DNA of 60,376 nucleotides, the filler included, from Sphacelaria rigidula (taxonomy: Eukaryota), in the NCBI GenBank assembly GCA_964200075.2. It is 5 parts of 5 records of this genome, joined end to end, with 100 filler letters (N's around TTAATTAATTAA, not from the genome) between each part and the next. Parts side by side here need not be neighbours in the genome. Positions count along the whole stretch, not along the records: positions 36,288 to 48,282 come from CAXNAA020004258.1; positions 48,383 to 60,376 come from CAXNAA020004259.1; 3 more parts are not named here. One strand, written 5' to 3'. The position numbers and the translations under genes were made by a program. Of this stretch, positions 37,274 through 49,140 are shown piece by piece. Within the stretch, counting starts at the first letter, position 1, and every line of letters starts with the position of its first letter. A model generated the notes under the pieces. It was not told where the DNA came from. It did not search any database and saw only the letters and a list, made by a program, of their open reading frames with translations.

Positions 37274-38099
37274 AATTTGTACATTCCCGCGTTCCGAGCG
37301 TGTCATCTACCCTGCCGTTCTCATGTTGTCGCCTCCTATTGCGACGGCGGTACAGATTCTCTGCCGAATGTAGCGGTCGCGGCGTGCTGTCATAATATTG
37401 AAGTACGATTGAAATTGATGCGTCGAAATCTGTGCCCATGCCAACCCCGGAAATCTCGATCCACGTCCAACGTTATTTGATCTCGGGTGTCAGATTCCTA
37501 ACTTGTACTCCTTCTCCTGCTCGGGACACCAAGTGCTAGTTGAACATTCATTCGTGTACAATACGACCCCTCGATTTATTACGACCCTGTTTGCAGGAAG
37601 TTATGTATATACGTCTGCATCGCATTTCTGTGTACGCACTTCTACTGAACATGGCGTTTTTTTCTTGCTGTGGACGCACTTCAGCACAAAGCTATTACCA
37701 TATTCTCCGCTGATAGCACAATGCTCGGTGAAGCACTGAGGTGTACTGTACTGTACTGTACTGCACTGTGCTACGCTGTGGTGTGCTGTATCGAGCTGGT
37801 ATGTGCTGTTTGTGCAGTACGCGGCAGTCCAGACAGTACATGTACTGGTGCGAAAAACATGTTGAACCTTTTCCGAACTTCGGTCACGTCGTTTCATTTG
37901 CGGCATGGATGGATTTCAACAAAACCTTCTGCTAAAAAAACAAACCTGTCTAGATGGTAAAAACACCCTTCATGTCTCTGCGAGAGGTGTCATGCGAGCG
38001 CGGTGCTCTGTCATGACAGCGGAGGTCAGCTTTGACGGGGGAAGGGGGGGGGGGGTGTTCACCCTAGGCTGCACGGATTCTGCAAATCCTTATTGCAGA

Positions 38100-40990
38100 C
38101 GACACTGTTATCGGTGCAACTTACGAGAGGAGCTAGTTGTTGATATATCACCACACCTCAAAGGACTTTGAGCCAACTCGTTCCACTTGGGGCGATGTTT
38201 TCAAGTCCACAGCTGCATGCACAGAGTGTGCGGATCTTCGGGGCGCAAATGGGAAATTTGCCATCATCCACCGTTTCTCGCGGGGATGTCCATTTCGCAA
38301 TAAGAAACAAAAAAACTTCCGCCCGGCGAAACACTGGATGGACGAAGCAAGCTACGCCGCACACATCGTTTCAACAGCGCCTTGGAGCGGTATGTACCCA
38401 CAAAGCTTCGACACTCGGTAGTCATAAATCGCCCCCGTAGGCTGTTGGGTGTAACACCCGCAAGTCATGAGCTCTCCCACATAACTAATGCTCTCTCGAA
38501 GATGGCGGCGGTCACACCTCCTCATCTTGTGTTGTTGAAAGAGTGGTTACAGATCTGTCAATGTACACGACGTATAGGGCACGGAGCGTGCGAAACGTTT
38601 ATCGAGAGAACCCAGATCGAGGAAAATGTTCACCTGTAGCTACAATCCGTCACCTACACTGCATTACGGCGTTAGCGACATACGTGCAAGATGTGCAAAG
38701 CGCCTTCCGTGCGTTAGGAAACCTGTCTGGAATGACAGCGCCTCGTCGTTCACTATGCTCCAATCTCCATCAATCCGTCTTGGCTAGGCATCCACTCCAC
38801 GACAGTATAGCCTGATGTGGTGTATGATAGAAGTGGGATATCCGTCTTTGAGTGCGTACGATAACAACCATGGTGGATGTAGCATTGGTGTGATAGGGGT
38901 AGCCACCCCTCTCGCACTTATGAACACTACAGTACTTCCACCTGAAATACACGGGGACCAGAAACGGTGCACTCGCCGCACTCGACGATGACAACATGCT
39001 GCTGCTCACCAATTAGCTGGAGCATTTCCTTCGGAAGACTCATGCCAAGCGCCCACGGTCATGTACACCTACAAAAGCCATCCTCCAAACCGTCGTGGTG
39101 TTTGGAGCATCGGGGTTGTGCTTGCTCCAAACTGGATAAAACAAGCAGCCGTGCTGATTTGCGCGGGTGGTCTCTTCTCGAATCTGCAGAAGCGAGCATC
39201 GCCATGAGAAAAAGGACCGTGCACCTTTGCAAATACAGTACACGAAATACCGACATTTTGGCATGGAAGCGCTCAAAAACCGAAAATTATACACTTTTTG
39301 TTCATCAAGACTGGGCGCGAGACACGCGTGTTCTACACATTACAGCTTTCCGCTGCTCGAACTCCGATACAACGGAGTGCGACCGTGTAGCAGCCTGTCC
39401 CCGACCGCGGTCGAAGTGGAGGAGCTTCATTTACCGTGTTGTTTGGATGATATCATGCGACTGTGACAAAGATCTTGGTTGGACATGGATGCAGAGATGT
39501 ATCGCATTGGCGTATATCATGATCTACCGCTACGTACGTCAATAATGCCCATCTTCAGTTTTTTTCAGCTGCAGGCCGCACTCGTCACCCAACGCCCAAT
39601 GCCACACACTACTTCCGGTCTAACACGACCGGCTACTTTCGTGCTCTCTCCCCTGCTGTAAGCTCCAACGATCTGCTGAGTGTAGTCCAGTGCACGTGCA
39701 ATAAAGGGTGAGGAGCGAAACGAAAGCGCGCATCAGGCATGTTCGGCACACGCACTTTTTCGTGTGTGGTACCTTGTCTCTTGTGCGTGACACGTCTGTG
39801 GGGCGCCGTTGTTTCATCACATCTTGCTATTCGTAGTCCGTTCATCATACAGCAACGGCTGTCGATGGCACTGCGTAGCGTCCGTGTACGCTGCCGCAGC
39901 TCGCGAGGCGATCGGTACGAGCCTGACTTGTTCACAGTGTACACATTCTGTTCAAGTGTGACACACTGTTTCTGTTCGCTGTGTTCGACCTAGGCTTGAT
40001 CTACTTGAACCCCTCTGTGCATAAGCAAGTAATCAACGTGATGGCAGTGGTTCACACTCCGTGCGGATTCCAGGTTTCGCCAGTGCACATCTGTCTTGCA
40101 GCACACTTTGACTCGCCCGCCCAACGTCCTCCTTCCGCAGCCACCCTGCGTACCCTGTACGCTGCAGCATTGGGACAAGCATATTTGGTCGAGAAGGTGC
40201 ATGATGTCTTGGCAGAATGATGATTTGTTCACCAAATGCAGTACAGTGCACAGGTGACATTGACGAGTGTGTAGGGACCACCTACTTGGGTCCGCGAGGT
40301 GGCTTCGTGTGTAGTATGTTGTAGGGGCAACGCACGTGGTTGTCGTAATGATCACACCAGTCACATGCACTGTGGACTGTTGCCTACCTGAAACACGTTC
40401 TCGGAAAGGTTGTGCTGTACGGTACTCCGTGTTTTTGCACACGCACGTGGAAGCTGACTTAGCCTTTGCGCTAGAATATGCCACTACTACTGCTTTACAT
40501 ATATTTCTGTCGTAAAAGTACTGCCGCAGTCTGTCGCACACGGTAGACCCACGACTTGTGTTACATGATACAGAAGTATCACGTGGCAGTAGTCTTCGGT
40601 TGTTGTTCTCCCTCGGCACTTGGGAAGGTACAACGAGCCCATCACAGACAGAACAATGAACACTCTTCTGCCAGGACGCGGGGTGTTCACCATGAATATG
40701 CAGCAGGCGGCGTCATGCGCTCCTCCGCGAAGACAAGAAGCGTGCTCTACGCTTACGAGATGGAGGCCGCAGTGGACGACGCGATCATGCTAGGGCGCTT
40801 CGAACGTTGGGTGAGCAGAAACATTGCCTGCACCCGCACCAGCAGGCACGACAAAAGAACCGAGAAGAGGGCGCAGGTGGTTGATGGCGAACATGGTGTT
40901 TACGCCAACAAATGGTTGACGACCTCCAAGAGGAGCAAGCGCGCGCGACGTTTGTAGACAGGATACGTCGACGCATCTACTCTCGGATTA
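38100..40990 (+). pseudogene. Degenerate KDZ (Kyakuja-Dileera-Zisupton)-type transposase, left copy
   Basis: Ordered frameshifted motifs: LKYTGTRNGALAALDDDNMLLLT (CxC4-like), TCNKG*GAKRKRASGMF, PFII/YSNGC (YNNGC in the other arm; cf. IIYDNAC), PDLF..CSS, YLNPSVH(K/E)QVIN (cf. LNS...EQ.N). Confidence 0.55.
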
Positions 40991-41282
40991 GCGTATATTA
41001 TCCGAGAGTCGATTTGTCGACGTATTCCGTCTGCAAACGTCGCGCGCGCTTGCTCCTTCTGGACGTCGTCGACAATTTGTTGGCGTAAACACCATGTTCG
41101 CCATCAACCACCTGCGCCCTCCTCTCGGTTCTTTTGGCGTGCCTGCTGGTGCGGGTGCAGGCATTGTTGCTGCTCACCCGACGTTTGAAGCGCCCTAGCA
41201 TGATCGCGCCGTCCACTGCGGCCTCCATCTCCTCATAGGCGTGGAGCACGTTTCTTGTCTTCGCAGAGGAGCGCATGACGCT
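40710..41282. repeat. Central foldback: ~280-bp arms, ~8-nt loop at ~40991-40998, roughly 90% identity
   Basis: CGTCATGCGCTCCTC...ACTCTCGGAT mirrored by ATCCGAGAGT...GAGGAGCGCATGACG; ORFs 40556-40957(+) and 40998-41432(-) encode near-identical peptides. Confidence 0.93.
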
Positions 41283-41958
41283 GTCGGCTGCAGACACATA
41301 TCGTGAGCACTGCGCTTCCTGGCGGAAGAGAACATGGTTCTGTCCGTGATCGCTGCAGCTTTCCATGTCTACCTGTAACGCAGTTGAAACATGGCGCGAA
41401 TCGCCACAACAGAACGGTTGTGGAATCGGCACTACTCAAATAGGAGGCTGTGGTCACAGTCAGGGTTGAGCTCTGAGCGAATCATTCCACGCTGAATCTT
41501 TCACACCTTGGTGGCTCGAGAAAACACCCAACAAGCAACCATTCTTACCATGCAAACCATGGAGCTTTCAGAAAAAAAATTAAAACCTAACGGCTAGGAG
41601 TGTCGGCAACTATTCAATATTATATTGACACTTTGGAACACGATTGTCATGTGCTGTCTACTCGACATCCGAAGCAAACCTCGTGCACGCAGCCGCTCAA
41701 GTTAGTGCTCCTGAGGAAAACGACAGCCGAAGACTACTATCACGTGATACTTTTTGTACCATGCAACACAAGTCGTGAGTCTACCGGGTGCGACAGACTG
41801 CAGTAGTCCTCTCACACAAAAAAAGGAGACACAAACCAGCAGTGGTGGCATATTTTGTCCAAAGCTAAATCAGCTTCCACGTGCTTGTGCAGACACATGG
41901 AGTACCGTACAGCGCAACCTTTCCGAGAATGTGTTTCAGGTAGGCAGTAGTCTACAGT

Positions 41959-44190
41959 TGCTAATCGGGGTCAAAAACGTGTCCGGGCTGTTCGAGGAAA
42001 TCACAACGACCGCAGACGAAAAATCCACTTTTCCTTTTATGTCTTGGGATGCTCCGCCCAAATACACGTGCTTTTGTAATCCAATCCCTTGACGGGTTGA
42101 TCACGCGCGCAGGCAACACCCTCCCTGTTCACACACTAAATCCTGTTGCTGGCCCTCCACACGCAGCCCAGGGCGAGCTCCTTATCCTCCATCTTTGCAG
42201 GTCCACATCCTAAACCTAAAAAAAACATATAATTTGAATATAATTTCCGGCTTACTGATTTGACTGCGGGACGTGCCCTGAAATGGAGCCTGCAGTGCAG
42301 TGCATTGGGGTCGTGCGCACCCAACGCAACAACCGGTGCTCGAATCGCGCACGTAACCGTGGAGAACCACCCGGATTGAACCTATCCCTCGATGGAGTAT
42401 GTCCTGAGCAACGCACCGTGCCCAATAAATTCAAGTGAAAAATAACCACAGCCAGAAGGGGCTCGGGGGGAAACGTCGGGGAGCAGATCTGAGTCAGTCG
42501 CGGAGTAACTTCACTTCAGTGCGTACGCATGTTCAAAGATGATACCCTCAGACATTTTCTGCTGAGAGAAGCCCCGCTGCATGTGTACACAGCCACACAA
42601 GGAACCCAAGGAAAATAGCATTGCGTACACTGGAGCAGACAACATCATGGTGACCGAATTGTGCTCTCTTCGCCTATGGTGTTGATTGTATTGGTACCGC
42701 CATGCTCACCGTACCGCGTCTACGGCAGCCTCCGTCCGCTGCGACTTGAGCTTGTACATTGGGAATACACCAACAAATGTCTCCCACCCTACACTCAACC
42801 CAGGGTCGGGCATCTTTCGTATTGGCATACTTTTCACTTGAAGAATGAGTGCAAAACCCACATGATCTAGACGGGTGTCGGAAAGTTCAACTTTAGAGCC
42901 AGTTATTTGTGGGAAGAGGCGACCGTCCCCAGAGATTTTGACTTGAAAACGTGAACACAAAACGTCATCCTGGGGATTAAGCGTCACTTTTAGAGCGGGC
43001 GGGAAGAGGTGACGATCTCCAAAGGAGTAATCCGATACTCGACGATACCCACAGAAGAAGGGAGAAATGCGGCGGGGGGCACAGAGAAGATAACATTGTG
43101 CTGTACTGATTGTACTTTGCTGTTCGGTGCACTTCGGCTTTGTCTATTTACACACACTGCAGCCACCTCATGATGGGTCAGTTGTGTTTGTTCGGCCGCT
43201 TCTAATAATAGACAAAAACAAAAATCTGGAAAAGTGCCTTTTTGAAGCCTTTACGTCGTTTTACGCCCCAAAAGAGAGCTAGGCCGACTTTGCCACCTTG
43301 GAATGACTTGCTCTTCTAGTTGAGGCGGTTCCAGGACGTCTTCCCGTTTTCCCGTGGCCGTAGTTTTTATTCTGGCCTAACAAGAACTTTTGTTCAAGAA
43401 CGGTGTAAAGCAGTCGAGTCCAGAGAAAAGTGGCGATTTTTTCTAGATTTGACTGCTTTTTACCGTTCTTGAACAAAAGTTCCTGTTTGGCCAGAATAAA
43501 AACTACGGCCACGGGAAAACGGGAAGATGTCCTGGAACCGCCTCAACTAGTAGAGCAAGTCATTCCAAGGTGGCAAAGTCGGCCTAGCTCTCTTTTGGGG
43601 CGTAAAACGACGCAAAAGCTTCAAAAAAACATTTTTCCAGATTTTTGTTCTTGTCTATTATTAGGAGCGGCCTTATGGGAGAACTATTTACTTCAAAAAT
43701 GATTGCCCACCGCAGCCCAAGGACTTGATTTGCAACTGGAGGCAGGAAGGGATGGCGTCGGAGGGTTTCGTATGGTCTGATCCTTGGTGATACCCATAGA
43801 CGAACGGAACGAACGCAACGTGTGGGAGAGAGAAGACGACACTCTACTGTAATGTTAAGCATTCCACTGTGCGTTTTCGATCGGCGTTGTCTCAACCTAT
43901 ACAGAGGGGCAACCCCAGGGCGGGTCATCTGTGTTGCATTGCCACAGTTTTGACGTGAAAATGAATGATGAACAGACCGTACCGGCGATGCAATGCAGCA
44001 GGGACGTGTGCGCGTCATGGGTGCAGATGGCCTTCTGCGCTTCTTTTCCCAACCGACCGGGCGGCCCATTCGCTTCTTCGCCGATCGACTGGACAGATTA
44101 TTCCCATCTCATTGGCTTGTGCGATTTTCCGCCAGGAAGATCCCGGACACGGTTTGCGGAATTTCCCATGTATTTAGGCCCCGATTAGCA
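41959..44190. mobile_element. 2.2-kb TIR element with ~9-10-bp target duplication (Mutator-like, non-autonomous)
   Basis: 12-bp TIR TGCTAATCGGGG / CCCCGATTAGCA; flanks AGTCTACAGT and TGTCTAACAGT, whereas the uninterrupted left arm has a single AGTCCACAGT. Confidence 0.7.
43194..43672. mobile_element. 480-bp foldback MITE
   Basis: GGCCGCTTCTAATAATAGACAA...TTGTCTATTATTAGGAGCGGCC; ~235-bp arms pair almost to the centre (~43433). Confidence 0.9.
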
Positions 44191-44196
44191 TGTCTA

Positions 44197-46470
44197 ACAG
44201 TGCATGTGACTGGTGTGATCATTACGACAACCACGTGCGTTGCCCCTACAACATACTACACACGAAGCCACCTCGCGGACCCAAGTAGGTGGTCCCTACA
44301 CACTCGCCAATGTCACCTGTGCACTGTACTGCATTTGGTGAACAAATCATCATTCTGCCAAGACATCATGCACCTTCTCGACCAAATATGCTTGTCCCAA
44401 TGCTGCAGCGTACAGGGTACGCAGGGTGGCTGCGGAAGGAGGACGTTGGGCTAGCGAGTCAAAGTGTGATGCAAGACAGATGTGCACTGGCGAAACCTGG
44501 AATCCGCACGGAGTGTGAACCACTGCCATCACGTTGATTACTTGCTCATGCACAGAGGGGTTCAAGTAGATCGAGCCTAGGTCGAACACAGCGAACAGAA
44601 ACAGTGTGTCACACTTGAACAGAATGTGTACACTGTGAACAAGTCAGGCTCGTACCGATCGCCTCGCGAGCTGCGGCAGCGTACACGGACGCTACGCAGT
44701 GCCATCGACAGCCGTTGTTGTATGATGAACGGACTACGAATAGCAAGATGTGATGAAACAACGGCGCCCCACAGACGTGTCACGCACAAGAGACAAGGTA
44801 CCACACACGAAAAAGTGCGTGTGCCGAACATGCCTGATGCGCGCTTTCGTTTCGCTCCTCACCCTTTATTGCACGTGCACTGGACTACACTCAGCAGATC
44901 GTTGGAGCTTACAGCAGGGGAGAGAGCACGAAAGTAGCCGGTCGTGTTAGACCGGAAGTAGTGTGTGGCATTGGGCGTTGGGTGACGAGTGCGGCCTGCA
45001 GCTGAAAAAAACTGAAGATGGGCATTATTGACGTACGTAGCGGTAGATCATGATATACGCCAATGCGATACATCTCTGCATCCATGTCCAACCAAGATCT
45101 TTGTCACAGTCGCATGATATCATCCAAACAACACGGTAAATGAAGCTCCTCCACTTCGACCGCGGTCGGGGACAGGCTGCTACACGGTCGCACTCCGTTG
45201 TATCGGAGTTCGAGCAGCGGAAAGCTGTAATGTGTAGAACACGCGTGTCTCGCGCCCAGTCTTGATGAACAAAAAGTGTATAATTTTCGGTTTTTGAGCG
45301 CTTCCATGCCAAAATGTCGGTATTTCGTGTACTGTATTTGCAAAGGTGCACGGTCCTTTTTCTCATGGCGATGCTCGCTTCTGCAGATTCGAGAAGAGAC
45401 CACCCGCGCAAATCAGCACGGCTGCTTGTTTTATCCAGTTTGGAGCAAGCACAACCCCGATGCTCCAAACACCACGACGGTTTGGAGGATGGCTTTTGTA
45501 GGTGTACATGACCGTGGGCGCTTGGCATGAGTCTTCCGAAGGAAATGCTCCAGCTAATTGGTGAGCAGCAGCATGTTGTCATCGTCGAGTGCGGCGAGTG
45601 CACCGTTTCTGGTCCCCGTGTATTTCAGGTGGAAGTACTGTAGTGTTCATAAGTGCGAGAGGGGTGGCTACCCCTATCACACCAATGCTACATCCACCAT
45701 GGTTGTTATCGTACGCACTCAAAGACGGATATCCCACTTCTATCATACACCACATCAGGCTATACTGTCGTGGAGTGGATGCCTAGCCAAGACGGATTGA
45801 TGGAGATTGGAGCATAGTGAACGACGAGGCGCTGTCATTCCAGACAGGTTTCCTAACGCACGGAAGGCGCTTTGCACATCTTGCACGTATGTCGCTAACG
45901 CCGTAATGCAGTGTAGGTGACGGATTGTAGCTACAGGTGAACATTTTCCTCGATCTGGGTTCTCTCGATAAACGTTTCGCACGCTCCGTGCCCTATACGT
46001 CGTGTACATTGACAGATCTGTAACCACTCTTTCAACAACACAAGATGAGGAGGTGTGACCGCCGCCATCTTCGAGAGAGCATTAGTTATGTGGGAGAGCT
46101 CATGACTTGCGGGTGTTACACCCAACAGCCTACGGGGGCGATTTATGACTACCGAGTGTCGAAGCTTTGTGGGTACATACCGCTCCAAGGCGCTGTTGAA
46201 ACGATGTGTGCGGCGTAGCTTGCTTCGTCCATCCAGTGTTTCGCCGGGCGGAAGTTTTTTTGTTTCTTATTGCGAAATGGACATCCCCGCGAGAAACGGT
46301 GGATGATGGCAAATTTCCCATTTGCGCCCCGAAGATCCGCACACTCTGTGCATGCAGCTGTGGACTTGAAAACATCGCCCCAAGTGGAACGAGTTGGCTC
46401 AAAGTCCTTTGAGGTGTGGTGATATATCAACAACTAGCTCCTCTCGTAAGTTGCACCGATAACAGTGTCG
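44197..46470 (-). pseudogene. Degenerate KDZ-type transposase, right (inverted) copy; its 3' part continues at 41958-40998 beyond an insertion
   Basis: Mirror of the left copy; carries YNNGC and VHEQVIN variants closer to consensus. Confidence 0.55.
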
Positions 46471-48282
46471 TCTGCAATAAGGATTTGCAGAATCCGTGCA
46501 GCCTAGGGTGAACACCCCCCCCCCCCTTCCCCCGTCAAAGCTGACCTCCGCTGTCATGACAGAGCACCGCGCTCGCATGACACCTCTCGCAGAGACATGA
46601 AGGGTGTTTTTACCATCTAGACAGGTTTGTTTTTTTAGCAGAAGGTTTTGTTGAAATCCATCCATGCCGCAAATGAAACGACGTGACCGAAGTTCGGAAA
46701 AGGTTCAACATGTTTTTCGCACCAGTACATGTACTGTCTGGACTGCCGCGTACTGCACAAACAGCACATACCAGCTCGATACAGCACACCACAGCGTAGC
46801 ACAGTGCAGTACAGTACAGTACAGTACACCTCAGTGCTTCACCGAGCATTGTGCTATCAGCGGAGAATATGGTAATAGCTTTGTGCTGAAGTGCGTCCAC
46901 AGCAAGAAAAAAACGCCATGTTCAGTAGAAGTGCGTACACAGAAATGCGATGCAGACGTATATACATAACTTCCTGCAAACAGGGTCGTAATAAATCGAG
47001 GGGTCGTATTGTACACGAATGAATGTTCAACTAGCACTTGGTGTCCCGAGCAGGAGAAGGAGTACAAGTTAGGAATCTGACACCCGAGATCAAATAACGT
47101 TGGACGTGGATCGAGATTTCCGGGGTTGGCATGGGCACAGATTTCGACGCATCAATTTCAATCGTACTTCAATATTATGACAGCACGCCGCGACCGCTAC
47201 ATTCGGCAGAGAATCTGTACCGCCGTCGCAATAGGAGGCGACAACATGAGAACGGCAGGGTAGATGACACGCTCGGAACGCGGGAATGTACAAATTGGGG
47301 ATAGATTTTTTATTGAGGATGATAAACCCGGGGGATTAATTAAAATCATCGTACCCACACCAAATCTTCGAAATATGCTTACCTTTCTTCAATTGCTGGT
47401 GACTCCTACACGCGATACAAATTTGGATGTCGATAACCGAAATATTGGGGTCCCAGATGATGAAACAATTTTGGGGAATTTCGGCTATATGATCGGATCA
47501 TCTCAATTCTTCAAGATTGTTTCTTCATCTAGGACCCCAACATGTCGCTTATCAGGATCCAAATTCGCATGACATGTAGTAGTTGTTAATAGCTACCAGT
47601 AGGTGAAGAACTGGAACTATATTTAGAACATTTGGTGTGGATACGAATATTTGATTTTTCCGGGTTTTCATCCTCAATAAAAAAAATCCATCCCCGATTT
47701 ATGCAGAATCCTCGTGTGTTGATCAGAAGCGTTTGTGTTCAACTCCCCACCCGACCACCTTCTTGGACATACACTCGCCACAGATGTGGAGGGTCCCCAG
47801 GGCTAACTCATGGAATGCAACGTCCGGGCGTCTGCTAAGACGCTGTTCGGAGCAGTCCGAGCGTCACAATCGACACCAAAGCCGATTCCGAGGTGAGAGC
47901 ATATTCAATTCACTATTGTAGGAACCCCGCGAACTATCACAGATGATTGCACGCTCCTCACTGCCTCCTTTCAGGTGATGACTGTGGCTTTCGGACCGAA
48001 CCCAGAACGCCTGCATGCGTGGATAATATATATATACAAGGGCTTCGGACGCGGGGGCCTACGGCCCCCTCGTCCTTCGGTGTACTGTGGTGTCATGACG
48101 TTTAGACTTGTGAGAAATGTTACCAAGAGTGACGGTGATGTTGGAAAGAAGGAGAACAGACTTGGCAGGAGGCCCCCGCGTCCTTTGGTGTACTGTAGTC
48201 TCATGACGTTGAGACTGGTGAGAAATGTTACGAAGAGTGACGGTGATGTTGGAAAGAAGGAGGACAGATTTGGTGGGAGAAG
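44197..48282 (-). repeat. Right arm of 4.1-kb inverted repeat
   Basis: Reverse complement of 36288-40373; mismatches seen only in the inner ~520 bp. Confidence 0.97.
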
Positions 48283-48382
48283 NNNNNNNNNNNNNNNNNN
48301 NNNNNNNNNNNNNNNNNNNNNNNNNNTTAATTAATTAANNNNNNNNNNNNNNNNNNNNNNNNNNNNNNNNNNNNNNNNNNNN
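48283..48382. other. Artificial contig spacer
   Basis: Same N44-TTAATTAATTAA-N44 linker. Confidence 0.97.
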
Positions 48383-49140
48383 CATTCACTGATTGACCGC
48401 TTTTCACTCTCAATCGTATCATCTACTCTCAATCTCACGAAAACACTGTTGTACATGTATTCCGTAGTAGCCACGATATTATTGTAGTACCTTACAACAC
48501 ACTGATGCGTGCGTTTACCACCACCAGTTGACCGACGCCGATGAATCTATAGATCGACCGAGGAGCCGAGTACAAACGTGCACAGCAATTACTCTTTCCC
48601 CTCATTCGTTGGCATGATGGCTGTCATCTGGCTTAACTCCATGGCCAAAATACCGGAGCAAGTGCAATACAGTAGTTACTACAGTACAGTAAGTGACACG
48701 GTAACAAAGGTGAACAAATTCACGCATCGATACCAGCAGCTCCCGGTCTCTTTGGGAATGAAAAAATACCATAGTAGAGTGGAGCTTGGAATTTACATAA
48801 TGGGTTCCTATGACATTCTCTGGACTCACATGCATGTCACTCCATACAGTACAGTACAAAACAACTTGTACAACCAACATATTTGTAGTCGTATTGTGAC
48901 AACACTGCGCAACAAAGGCCGCATTTTGGGCGATGCTCAGGGTGACAAACGGGTACGATAAAACAGAATTGCGTGTATACGTTGCTCAAAGTTCTAGCAC
49001 AAAGCTGATCACGCCTCCACACAGATTGCCGTGTGCTTCAACCCACGTCAGAAGACCATTGCACTGCACTTTTGGCGACTCAAACCCCATCTCTCACATT
49101 ATAGCCTGCGAAGACAAAGAGGAAGACCAGGACAGGGAGA

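Larger units (their letters stand above)
36288..40373 (+). repeat. Left arm of 4.1-kb inverted repeat
   Basis: Position x pairs with 84570-x; every ORF in the track is mirrored on the other strand in 44197-48282. Confidence 0.97.

Noticed and set aside
36288-48282. Linear plasmid, Polinton or virus with terminal inverted repeats
   Set aside because: No polymerase, integrase or capsid ORF; arms contain nuclear MITEs and only decayed coding sequence
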